Source: an uncultured candidate division Zixibacteria bacterium
Lineage (GTDB): Bacteria; Zixibacteria; MSB-5A5; GN15; FEB-12
DNA length: 64,000 bases
NCBI GenBank assembly: GCA_963806185.1
Contig: CAWDXE010000005.1
Location: forward strand, 227,737 to 291,736
Reading direction: 5' to 3'
Positions within the stretch are counted from its first letter, which is position 1; every line of letters starts with the position of its first letter. Made by a program: the position numbers and the translations under genes. Below the pieces are notes generated by a model. The model ran no database searches. It had not been told where the DNA came from and saw only the letters and a list, made by a program, of their open reading frames with translations. Positions 51,360 to 60,692 of the stretch are shown here, in pieces.

Positions 51360-52119
51360 GTCAGGCTTCTTCATGAATTGGAAATAGAAGCCTGACCTAC
51401 TCGCTCAGCTGTAGGGCAAACCCCATTGTCCATTTATCAAGGGGTTTGCCATCTTCTCTTCTCGACTTTACGCTTGGCGGACCCCCTGGTGAATTGAAAA
51501 TGGGGTCCGCCCTACTCGTTCTACTACCGGCCCTCACCCCAACCCGGTGGGAGAGGGGAAAGAGAAGAGCGTCAGGTCACACGCCGCGATGACGCGGCGA
51601 AGGATCTGCCGTAACGAACCATAGGCCCCATGGATTCCGGACCGATGGTCCGGAATGACAAATTCAGGATGACTCTCTGTCTTTTTCGCAGGAAGCCTGA
51701 GCTGCGTTTTCACCCCGTTTTTGAGTGTGATTTCGGAGAAAAATGTGGAATGCCGCACAGGGACATCGGCGAGATCGTGTCTCCCTCCTAACTTGTTGTG
51801 ATACAATGCGTTAAATCGTCACATTCAGACCGTTTTCGGGGTGCTTTTTGTTGCTATTAATTGTAACCTATAGTAGATTTGGTTCCGCTGTCAGGCTCAC
51901 CGGGAGCCTGACCTACGGAAGATGAACTGAGAGATTGCCACGGCTCGAAGCGAGCCTCGCAATGACGAAAACGAAGGATCTGAGCACTCTGAGATCCTGA
52001 ACCCTGCGGGTTCAGGATGACAATGAATGAGATATGCGCCGCACAACGATCAGGTGTACACATGATGATCTGCCGCCACTCTTGTTCCCTTCCCCTCCGG
52101 GAGAGGGTTAGGGTGAGGG
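51360..52119. repeat. Cluster of several families of short palindromic repeats
   Basis: GTAG-type hairpins (51360-51400, 51411-51450, 51476-51515, 51890-51916), ATGAC-ending hairpins (51631-51659, 51931-51966, 51991-52021) and CCCTCACCC type (51524-51558, 52085-52119). Confidence 0.75.
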
Positions 52120-52224
52120 CTTCGTAGGGTGACAAAGAGTATCGCGGCGCACGGGACGTACGCCACGCACAACGATACGAAAAACGTAAGTCAACGATTG
52201 CCATAGGAAGGAGCCACGCTCCCG

Positions 52225-54670
52225 ATGTCTTTGGAACGACAGAAAATCGAAACCGTCTATCTCGAAGAGGAGATGAAGTCGTCCTACCTCGATTACTCCA
52301 TGTCGGTCATCACCAACCGCGCGCTGCCGGATATTCGCGACGGCATGAAGCCGTCGAACCGGCGCATCATGGTCGCGATGAACGACCTGAATCTTCAGCC
52401 GGGACGGCCACATCGTAAGTGCGCGAAGATCTGCGGCGATACGTCGGGTAACTACCACCCGCACGGCGAGCAGGTGGTCTACCCGACGCTCGTGCGCATG
52501 GCGCAGGATTTCAACATGCGGTATCCGCTGGTCGACGGCCAGGGGAACTTCGGCAGCATCGACGGCGACGACGCCGCGGCGATGCGATACACCGAAGCGC
52601 GCCTCACGCCGATCGCGGTGGAAATGCTCGCCGATCTCGATAAAGAGACGGTCGACTTCATGGCGAACTACGACGGCACGCTGCAGGAGCCGAGAGTGCT
52701 TGCCGGGAAAATTCCCGAATCTGCTCTGCAACGGATCCTCGGGTATCGCGGTCGGTATGGCGACCAATATTCCGCCGCACAATCTGAATGAAATCGGCAA
52801 AGCGATCCTGAAAGTGATCGACACACCCGACTGCACCAACGACGATCTGATTCGGCTGGTGCCGGGGCCGGATTTTCCGACCGGCGGCATTATCAACGGT
52901 CGCGAAGGGATTCGCGAAGCGTACCGCACGGGCAAGGGGCACATTCAGGTTCGCGCCAAAGCGGTGGTCGAGCACATGCGCAACGGCAAGGAAGCGATTG
53001 TCGTCAACGAAATCCCCTATCAGGTGAACAAGTCGAATCTGCTGGAGAAGATCGCCGACCTGGTGCGCGACAAGAAGATCGAGGGTATCACGCGATCTTG
53101 CGCGACGAATCCGACCGCGACGGGATGCGGATTGTCATCGAACTGCAAGCGCGACGTACCAGACCGATATCGTGCTCAACCAGCTCTTCCAGCACACGAC
53201 GATGCAGACGACCTTCTCGGTGATCATGCTCGGTCTGGACAACGGCGTGCCGAAACTCGCTGACGCTGAAGCAGCTGATCGAGGCGTTTGTCGAGCACCG
53301 TCATGAAGTAGTGACGCGCCGGACGCAGTACGATCTGCGCAAGGCCGAAGAGCGGGCGCACATTCTCGAAGGGTACAAGATCGCGCTGGACAATATCGAC
53401 GCGGTGATCGCGCTGATCAGGAAGTCGAAAGATGTTCCGACCGCGCGCGAAGGGTTGATGAAGCAGTTTCAAGCTGTCCGAGATTCAGGCCAACGCCATT
53501 CTCGAGATGCGGCTGCAGCGCCTGACCGGGCTGGAACGTCAGAAGATCGAAGACGAATACCGGGAGCTGCTCAAGAAGATTGAGGAGTATCGGGCGATCC
53601 TGGCGTCGCGCGCAGCTGCGCATGCAGATCATCAAGGACGAAACGCTGGAACTGATGAAGAAGTACGGCGACGAGCGCCGGACGCAGATTCAGGACGCGG
53701 CGGAGGAACTGACGGTCGAGGATCTGATCGCCGAAGAGGAGATGGTGATCACGATTTCGCACGCCGGATATGTCAAGCGGCTCGCCGATTTCGCAGTACC
53801 GCAAGCAGCAGCGGGGCGGGCGAGGGCGTGATCGGCATCGAAACGAAGGAAGATGATTTCGCCGAGCACCTGTTCATTGCGTCGACGCACGACTACATCC
53901 TGTTCTTCTCGATCGCGCGGCCGATGCTACTGGGTGAAGGTGCACGAGATCCCGGTCGGCGGCAAGATGGCCAAGGGGAAACCGATCGTCAATATGGTGC
54001 TCAGATGGGCAAAGAGGAGACCGATTGCGTCGTTCTGCCGCGTGCGCGAGTTCTCGGCCGAGAAATTCATCGTGATGGCGACCCGCAACGGAATGATCAA
54101 GAAGACCACGCTCGACGCGTTCGCCAACCCGCGCAAGGCGGGCGTGAACGCGATGGATATCTCCGACAAGGATGACGCGCTGATCGGCGCGGGGGTTACC
54201 GACGGCACGTTTGAAATCGTGTTGGCGACCCGCCAGGGGATGGCGATTCGCTTCCCCGAGGAAAAAGTGCGCGCCATGGGCCGCACTGCCTACGGCGTGC
54301 AGCGGGATCGATCTGGCCGAGGGCGACTATTGCATCGGCATGGTGGTCGTGAAGCGCGACTCGTCGCTGCTGGTCGTGACCGAGAACGGGTACGGCAAGC
54401 GGACATCGATCGATGATTACCGGATCACCAACCGTGGCGGCAAGGGGGTCATCAACGTGAAGACCTCGGAGCGCAACGGCGAGGTGGTGACGATCAAGGA
54501 AGTGCTCGATCAGGACGAGTTGATTCTGATCACGAAGAAGGGCATCGCCAACCGTCAGGCGGTGAAGCCAGATCAAGGTGATCGGCCGCAACACGCAGGG
54601 TGTGCGGTTGATTAACCTGAGCGACGGCGACCTGGTGACGGATGTCGCGCGGGTGGTGTCGGAAGAGTAG
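52225..54670 (+). CDS. gyrA: DNA gyrase subunit A (many apparent frameshifts)
   Basis: [47 protein letters not shown] and GPDFPTG motifs; GyrA-box-like QQRGGRG; pinwheel repeats (MGR, RGGKG); stop at 54670. Confidence 0.93.
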
Positions 54671-54700
54671 ACTACAGTTTCAGTTTATAGTGTGAATGAC

Positions 54701-54733
54701 AGCCGCGGCCCTCGGAAGGGGGCCGCGGTTTTT
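54701..54733 (+). terminator. Intrinsic terminator after gyrA
   Basis: CCGCGGCCC-tcggaag-GGGCCGCGG followed by TTTTT. Confidence 0.75.
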
Positions 54734-54737
54734 GATT

Positions 54738-55574
54738 CTAGTGTTTCGGCCAGTTTTCGGGTTTCCAGTCTTGACGGACCCAAGGTAGATTGGTCGCCCC
54801 GAGGGATCGCCCATTACGTGAATCAAAAAAGTTTGTGCAGACACTGAGTTCCCACGGATCGGATCGCCGACGGTACTTCTGCATACCGCCGAATTCGTAA
54901 GGCTCATATCCTTTCAGTGTCACTACCCATAAGGGAATACTATCGAATCGAGGTCCGTCCTTGGCCAGCACGTAGCGGGCGATTAGCTCCTTTGAGCCAG
55001 AGGGCGAAGCGTAAAGATAATGGGTAAATAGGATCTGGCCGAACTTCACGTCGGGTGTATCAACTGCCAAGCTGTAGAAGATGGTTCCTCCGGAGCGGAA
55101 ATTCGAAGCAGCCGCGGAGTCCACTGGTTCAGGTGAGACAAGAGGGTCAAAGCCTGCGTGACGATGCTCAATGCGCAAGAGACGGCCGTCGCGAGCCGCA
55201 AGCAGGACGTCAAAATCCCAGAACATGGTTGCCCCGGTTATCGAATCCGTCGGGCAACGATCTATACTAATACCCTCATAGTGCACGCGCCATGCCGGTT
55301 GCGAATCGAGTTGAGCGGAAAGGAAGGGCGTCGTACTGTCGCGGTAGAGAAACTCGCTGGCCGAGACAGGAGCTGCATCTGCGCGCCGGTGCAGCGTGCT
55401 GAAGCCGGAATAGGCTTCGGCGCGGGCGACGGCGGCGGTCGCACTCGTGAGTACTGTGGGCCGTTCCTCGACGGTTTGTGCAACGGCACGTGAAACAGCC
55501 AAGGAAACACCGGTGGTTACTGACAGTACGACAGCGGTGATGAATGAGCACTTTGTGTGATGCTGATCAAACAT
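54738..55574 (-). CDS. Exported hypothetical protein
   Basis: ATG 55574 after GGAGGGGAG; hydrophobic signal-like N-terminus; no recognised family. Confidence 0.6.
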   Translation of the reverse strand: MFDQHHTKCSFITAVVLSVTTGVSLAVSRAVAQTVEERPTVLTSATAAVARAEAYSGFSTLHRRADAAPVSASEFLYRDSTTPFLSAQLDSQPAWRVHYEGISIDRCPTDSITGATMFWDFDVLLAARDGRLLRIEHRHAGFDPLVSPEPVDSAAASNFRSGGTIFYSLAVDTPDVKFGQILFTHYLYASPSGSKELIARYVLAKDGPRFDSIPLWVVTLKGYEPYEFGGMQKYRRRSDPWELSVCTNFFDSRNGRSLGATNLPWVRQDWKPENWPKH

Positions 55575-55679
55575 GAATTCTCCCCTCCGGGCCGCAGAGA
55601 CGACCCATCTGATGGACGGGCTGTTGCGGGGTTCTGAGTAACACAAATGAAAGATAAGGCAAGATCTGCGATAAGGAAA

Positions 55680-56158
55680 GTAGGGCGGAACTCCCTTTCA
55701 TTTATCAAGATGGCCGCCGTTCGAGCACACACTATCGCGATCACCAGAGGCCGAGATCACCGCAAAAGAGTTCCGCCCTACAACGTGATTTGTCACGTGC
55801 TGTGAAGTAGGGCGGAACTCCCTTGCGTTTATCATGATAGCGGCCGTTCGGCACACACTATCGCGATCACCAGAGGCCGTGATCGCCGCAAAAGAGTTCC
55901 GCCCTACGGCGAGATATGTCACGTGTAGTGAAGAAGGGCGGAACTCCCTTGCGTTTATCATGATAGCGGCCGTTCGGCACACACTATCGCGATCACCAGA
56001 GGCCGTGATCGCCGCAAAAGAGTTCCGCCCTACGGCGAGATATGTCACGTGTAGTGAAGAGGGGCGGAACTCCAGCGCGTCTCCAAAACACTCAGCCCTC
56101 ATCAGGCATGGTGCCGATTAGCAAATTCTCCGAAAATCGCAAGAGAGTTCCGCCCTAC
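55680..56158. repeat. Tandem array of four REPIN-like units (period 126-127 bp)
   Basis: Units 55680-55781, 55807-55907, 55933-56033 and 56059-56158, each bounded by (GTA)GGGCGGAACTC...GAGTTCCGCCCTAC. Confidence 0.92.
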
Positions 56159-56225
56159 TTCATTCTGACTGACGGCAGGTGTCAGTGCCTGGCCATAATA
56201 TACTCCGAAGAGGAGAATCAAAGTC

Positions 56226-56738
56226 ATGTCCAAGTTGCTTCGATATTATGCGCCGGGCCACACCTACTTTCTTACTGTCGTTACCCACAAGCGACAACCG
56301 ATACTGTTGAGTTACCCAAAACTGTTACTGTGGGCGTGGGCCGCAGTTCGTCCCGGTCTCCCTCATACTTTGCACGCGTGGGTTCTCATGCCTGACCATT
56401 TTCATATTATCATATCTTCACCCAATCACTATCCGGATGTCCTCGTGAAGCGATTCAAGCTGAAATACCGGTCACTCTATCAGTCACGGACCGGCTACTC
56501 GGATCGACTCTGGCAGCACAGATTCTGGGATCATATCATTCGGAATGAAGAAGACTTGCAGAGGCGCTTCGATTATATCCACTACAACCCGGTGAAGCAC
56601 GGGTTATCCGGAAAGACAGTCGCCTGGAAATGGTCATCGTTTGGAGATTTTGTGAGACGCGGGCTTTACTCATCAGACTGGGGAGATTCTGTCCAGGAAG
56701 GGTCGGATGGCGACTATGGGGATGCGAATGACCAGTAG
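56226..56738 (+). mobile_element. REP-associated tyrosine transposase (RAYT; HUH/Y1, IS200-like)
   Basis: TYFLTVVT, VLMPDHFH (HUH), LWQHRFWDHIIR, YIHYNPVKHG (catalytic Tyr) and WKWSSF motifs; flanked on both sides by GTAG REPs. Confidence 0.93.
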
Positions 56739-56963
56739 GGCGGAACTCTCTTTCGACATGTCAAGGAATCAGCTTCACCGAGCACGGCTTGCAGTCTGCG
56801 GAGCACGTTGTGACCGCAAATGAGTTCCGCCCTACGTCAACGTGTCCCGTGCTGCGGCGGTGTCTGGGCGGAACTCTCTTTCGACATGTCAAGGAATCTA
56901 CTTCACCGAGCGCGGCTTGTAGTCTGCGGAGCACGTTGTAACCGCAAGCGAGTTCCGCCCTAC
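56735..56963. repeat. Two REPIN-like units downstream of the RAYT
   Basis: 56735-56835 and 56863-56963 have the same termini but a different interior; the first supplies the RAYT TAG stop. Confidence 0.9.
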
Positions 56964-56972
56964 GTCAACATA

Positions 56973-57140
56973 CAGGTCGAAACCGCAGTGGTTTCGACCT
57001 ACAAAGAGAACCGAAAGATCGTCACGGCTCGAAACGAGCCTCGCGATGACGCGTAGGTAAGTTCTGTGGACACTGAGATCCTGAATCATAAGAATGATTC
57101 AGGATGACGAGATGGGCGGAATGATTCAGGATGACGAGAT
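56973..57140. repeat. Further palindromic repeats
   Basis: AGGTCGAAACC...GGTTTCGACCTAC; CACGGCTCGAA.CGAGCCTCGC.ATGAC (also near 51939); GAGATCCTGAA...TTCAGGATGAC (also 51991); 22-bp direct repeat 57092-57113/57119-57140. Confidence 0.75.
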
Positions 57141-57180
57141 AGAGGATCGTGCGTTGCGAGAATTCGTCTTCGAGAATTAA

Positions 57181-58194
57181 CTACGTCCGCGCCTTGATCT
57201 CTTTAATCAACTCGTCCGTGAATTCGGTCGTCGAGCAGGTGCCGCCGAGATCCTTTGTCAAATGATGGCCTATCGCCAGATTTAACACCATCGCCTTCCA
57301 GATCCGGTCGGCCGCTTCGTTCTCACCAAGATGACGAAGCATTAAGAGCGCGGAGAAGATCACCGCTGTCGGATTCGCCAGGTTCTTCCCTGCGATGTCC
57401 GGCGCCGAACCGTGCACCGCCTCGAAGACGGCATACTCATCCCCAAGATTCGCACCCGGCACCACACCCAGTCCGCCCACCAGACCGGCGGCAAGATCGG
57501 AAACGATATCACCAAACAGATTGCCGAGCAAAAGCATGTCGAAACGGGTCGGGTCCATCACCAACTGCATGCAGAGGGCGTCGACTATCCGATCCTCGGC
57601 CTTGATGTCCGGAAAGTCCTTCGCCACCTCCTCGAACGACCTCAGAAACAGACCGTCGGAAATCTTCATGATATTCGCCTTGTGCACGAGCGTGATCTTC
57701 TTGCGGCCATGTTTGCGGGCGTACTCAAACGCCCACCGGGCGATACGCAGCGAGGCTTTCTCGGTCACGACCTTGATCGCGTTGACCACGCCGGGAGAAA
57801 TGACACTCTCGATGCCGGTGTAGAGGTCCTCGGTGTTCTCGCGAACGATGATCAGGTCGACCTTGTCGAATCGGGTCGGCACACCGCCGATTGACTTCAC
57901 CGGTCGCAGGTTGGCGTACAAATCCAACTTCTGGCGCAGGGTGACGTTGGCCGACTTGAACCCCTTCCCCACCAGTGTGGTGAGCGGCCCTTTGAGCGCC
58001 ACCTTGTTTTGTTTGACCGAATCCATCAGGGCGTCGGGAACGGAAACGCCCTCTTTCTCTATTGAGGCCATGCCGGCCTCGTGGCGGTCCCATTGAATAT
58101 CAACTCCGGCGGCCTCGATGACCCGGACGGCCGCCTCGGTAACTTCCGGGCCAATCCCGTCGCCGGGAATGAGTGTCACGCGATGTTTTGCCAT
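57181..58194 (-). CDS. Isocitrate/isopropylmalate dehydrogenase family protein (NAD-IDH-like)
   Basis: LIPGDGIGPEV, ALKGPLTT, RENTEDLY, VHKANIMK, NLFGDIVSD and FEAVHGSAPDIAG motifs. Confidence 0.92.
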   Translation of the reverse strand: MAKHRVTLIPGDGIGPEVTEAAVRVIEAAGVDIQWDRHEAGMASIEKEGVSVPDALMDSVKQNKVALKGPLTTLVGKGFKSANVTLRQKLDLYANLRPVKSIGGVPTRFDKVDLIIVRENTEDLYTGIESVISPGVVNAIKVVTEKASLRIARWAFEYARKHGRKKITLVHKANIMKISDGLFLRSFEEVAKDFPDIKAEDRIVDALCMQLVMDPTRFDMLLLGNLFGDIVSDLAAGLVGGLGVVPGANLGDEYAVFEAVHGSAPDIAGKNLANPTAVIFSALLMLRHLGENEAADRIWKAMVLNLAIGHHLTKDLGGTCSTTEFTDELIKEIKART

Positions 58195-58360
58195 ATGTCC
58201 ACTGTCAATTCGTTGTGCGGAGACGCCGACCATTGTGGGCGGGTACCCTCGGAAAATCCGCCGGAAGATACCGGCGGGGCATCGGTCTGTCAATGCGAAT
58301 ACCGCAATTGCGGTCCGGATCAATCCACCATGCGAGGGGGGGACCGCAGGCCAAATTATC

Positions 58361-58389
58361 TTGACAGTTTCTCGAAAGCCCGGTATACT
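58361..58389 (+). promoter_or_regulatory. Near-consensus sigma-70 promoter
   Basis: TTGACA-17 bp-TATACT. Confidence 0.75.
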
Positions 58390-58395
58390 CTCCGC

Positions 58396-58600
58396 AGCTT
58401 TAGAGCCCCCTAAATAACTTTAGCACACGAGTTTAATCAAGGGTTAGGGCAGAGACTGTTTGACCGCAGATGTTCTGTGGCCCGAGCAATTGAAATCCCC
58501 GAACGCAGCTTGAGTTGCGCTCGCCAAAAACGCCCCCTCCTCACCATGCACAGTATGGCGGAAAGATTCGTGTGCGTCTTTCCGGGGAGGGGGTTTTTCA
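58396..58600 (+). ncRNA. Candidate ~200-nt structured RNA (sRNA or attenuator leader)
   Basis: Lies between the strong promoter and a GC-rich stem with a U-tract; several hairpins and a potential 8-bp long-range pairing. Confidence 0.5.
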
Positions 58601-58711
58601 TAGAATTGGCTTCATCTCGTTCCCGTTGCCGCATAAGGCCAATTTATCATTTGCCCCCGAGTCTATGAGCGGGATATATTTCTGCGTCGGCTATAACTGC
58701 CGGGAGGAAAT

Positions 58712-59599
58712 ATGGACTACAGCGGAATCGTAGAACGGTCATTCCGATTGGCGTGGCGGTACAAGTCACTCTGGATACTGGGTTTGTTCGCCGGGTCGGG
58801 GACAACCGGTTTTTCGTACGGCGATCAACGGCTCAATTTTGCCAAAGGCGGCGCCCCCATGGATCCGAGCGTAATCTTCTCGGAAATCGCTCCGTTTCTG
58901 GGCGTGCTGCTCTGGTTGGGGCTAATATTGCTGGTGGCGTATTGCCTGGCCAAGCCGGCGCTGATCGACGGGGTCAATCGGCTTACCCGCGGCGGCGTGT
59001 ATACCCTGGCTGATTCGTTTTCAACCGGCGTCTCCATGTTCTTCCGATTTCTCGGAATCACCATCCTCGGCGGCATACTGATGGTGGCGGCAATTCTTCT
59101 GATGGTCATGATATTCGTCGCCCTGTTCGCCATCCACCCGATCATCGGAATTGTCATGCTGCTTCCCGGCATTCCGGCATTTTTCGCCTTGATCTGGGTG
59201 TATCTATCGGTCTTCCAGTTGGCGGAGCGGGCGATCGTCGTACGCAACACGAACATCGCCGATGCCATCAGCGAGGGATGGCAGTTGTTCCGAAACCATC
59301 TGGCGGAATCGGGAATTATTGTCCTCATTATTATCGGACTGAGTATTGGCCTGGCCATTGTCTCGGGAATCATCATGTTCATCGTTGGTGCGCCAATCGC
59401 CGCCGCTATTCTGGCACTTGACCTGCCTCTGTTGCCGGCGCTGGTCGCCGGGTTTCTTATGGCACTGCCGGTGTCGATCATCATCGGCGGCTTCGTAGGG
59501 GCGGCGATGACGACGTTGTACACATTGTTCTACTTTGAGTTGGTTGAACCGGGCGGCGTGCACTCCGATCTGCTTCCGGAATCAACACCGCCGGTTTAA
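58712..59599 (+). CDS. Integral membrane protein
   Basis: About six TM segments; AWRYKSLWILGLFAG N-terminus; GGGAGG SD. Confidence 0.8.
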   Translation: MDYSGIVERSFRLAWRYKSLWILGLFAGSGTTGFSYGDQRLNFAKGGAPMDPSVIFSEIAPFLGVLLWLGLILLVAYCLAKPALIDGVNRLTRGGVYTLADSFSTGVSMFFRFLGITILGGILMVAAILLMVMIFVALFAIHPIIGIVMLLPGIPAFFALIWVYLSVFQLAERAIVVRNTNIADAISEGWQLFRNHLAESGIIVLIIIGLSIGLAIVSGIIMFIVGAPIAAAILALDLPLLPALVAGFLMALPVSIIIGGFVGAAMTTLYTLFYFELVEPGGVHSDLLPESTPPV

Positions 59600-59611
59600 G
59601 AGGACATTTCG

Positions 59612-60685
59612 TTGTTACTGAAATTCAGGGCTATTCTTGCAGGGGTGTTGTTTTCCACGGTGCTGTTGACCGGGACCGGCGCCGCCGTGCCCACCGTCAA
59701 AATCAACCAGCAGACCGCGTCGCTGCAGGCCACGCTTTACCCCGATTATTATGCCGTGAACGCCGTGGGCGACGACATCCGCTGGGTCTTTCGTAACAGC
59801 GATCCGGTGCAGAGCTTCTGGCAGGCTAACCGGGACAGTATTCTTTCGTCACTCGCCAATCTTTCGGGAATCACGTGGACAGAGACGGAATTCGAAATCT
59901 ATCTGGTACGGTTCTATCCGTCGGTCGGCGAGGGTCAGCCCACCATTATTCCCATCGGCGGCATTCGCACCGGTGTGCTGACCGAAGCCGTACCGTCCGG
60001 TGTCGAGATGCAGTTCAATATCATTTATCAGCTCGCGGTCCGGATGCTGGCGCAGACTGATCAGGCGGGCAACGCGGCGGCGCCGATTGCGGATCATCCA
60101 CTTATGGACCCCACGCCGTTTCGCCGCGACAATCTGGCCATGTGTCTGGCGACCGCCGTGGCCGGGCATATCCTCGGTGCGGTTCCGACGGATTCAGTGT
60201 ACCGTTCGGCTTTCTGGACTCGCCATCATGTCGGTCGCATCATTTACGAGGAACTCTTCCAGAAAAACTGGGTGCTAACGCGGGAGCGACCACTCTTGAA
60301 TTGGATCGGCGCGGAGCCGCCCCGGTCGTCACTGGTCATTTCGACAGAGCCGCCGGGCATGAGCGATTTCCAGGGAGTGTCGATTGGCGGCGTGCCGCTC
60401 AAAGGGCAATTAGGGTTCTCAACCAAGCTGACGACGGCGGGACGACTTGAAATCGACAGGATCGACGGGGCCCGTTTAGGGTACGCCGCCGGACTCCGAC
60501 AGGGGGATGTGATTAATCTCGTTGATGGGGCTCGCGTCCGATCGACCAGGGAGATGGTGGAAGCGGTTCTGGCGGGCCTGGCTCGTGGCGGGTCGTCGCT
60601 GCAGGTCCTTCGCGACGGCAAGACACAGACAATTGTCTTACAGCCGCGACGGTCGGGGGTCGGATCGCCAACGGGAAAGTTGTAA
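59612..60685 (+). CDS. Exported protein with C-terminal PDZ domain
   Basis: Signal peptide; LGFS...AAGLRQGDVINLVDG...VLRDGK PDZ signature. Confidence 0.75.
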   Translation: MLLKFRAILAGVLFSTVLLTGTGAAVPTVKINQQTASLQATLYPDYYAVNAVGDDIRWVFRNSDPVQSFWQANRDSILSSLANLSGITWTETEFEIYLVRFYPSVGEGQPTIIPIGGIRTGVLTEAVPSGVEMQFNIIYQLAVRMLAQTDQAGNAAAPIADHPLMDPTPFRRDNLAMCLATAVAGHILGAVPTDSVYRSAFWTRHHVGRIIYEELFQKNWVLTRERPLLNWIGAEPPRSSLVISTEPPGMSDFQGVSIGGVPLKGQLGFSTKLTTAGRLEIDRIDGARLGYAAGLRQGDVINLVDGARVRSTREMVEAVLAGLARGGSSLQVLRDGKTQTIVLQPRRSGVGSPTGKL

Positions 60686-60692
60686 TTCTTCT

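Noticed and set aside
55698..56121. ORFs with repeated peptides (EFRP...VGRNS) on both strands
   Set aside because: They are translations of the REPIN array.
55680..56158. Possible CRISPR array
   Set aside because: Units are ~101-bp elements with inverted termini and largely repeated interiors rather than unique spacers; no cas genes; the adjacent RAYT explains them.
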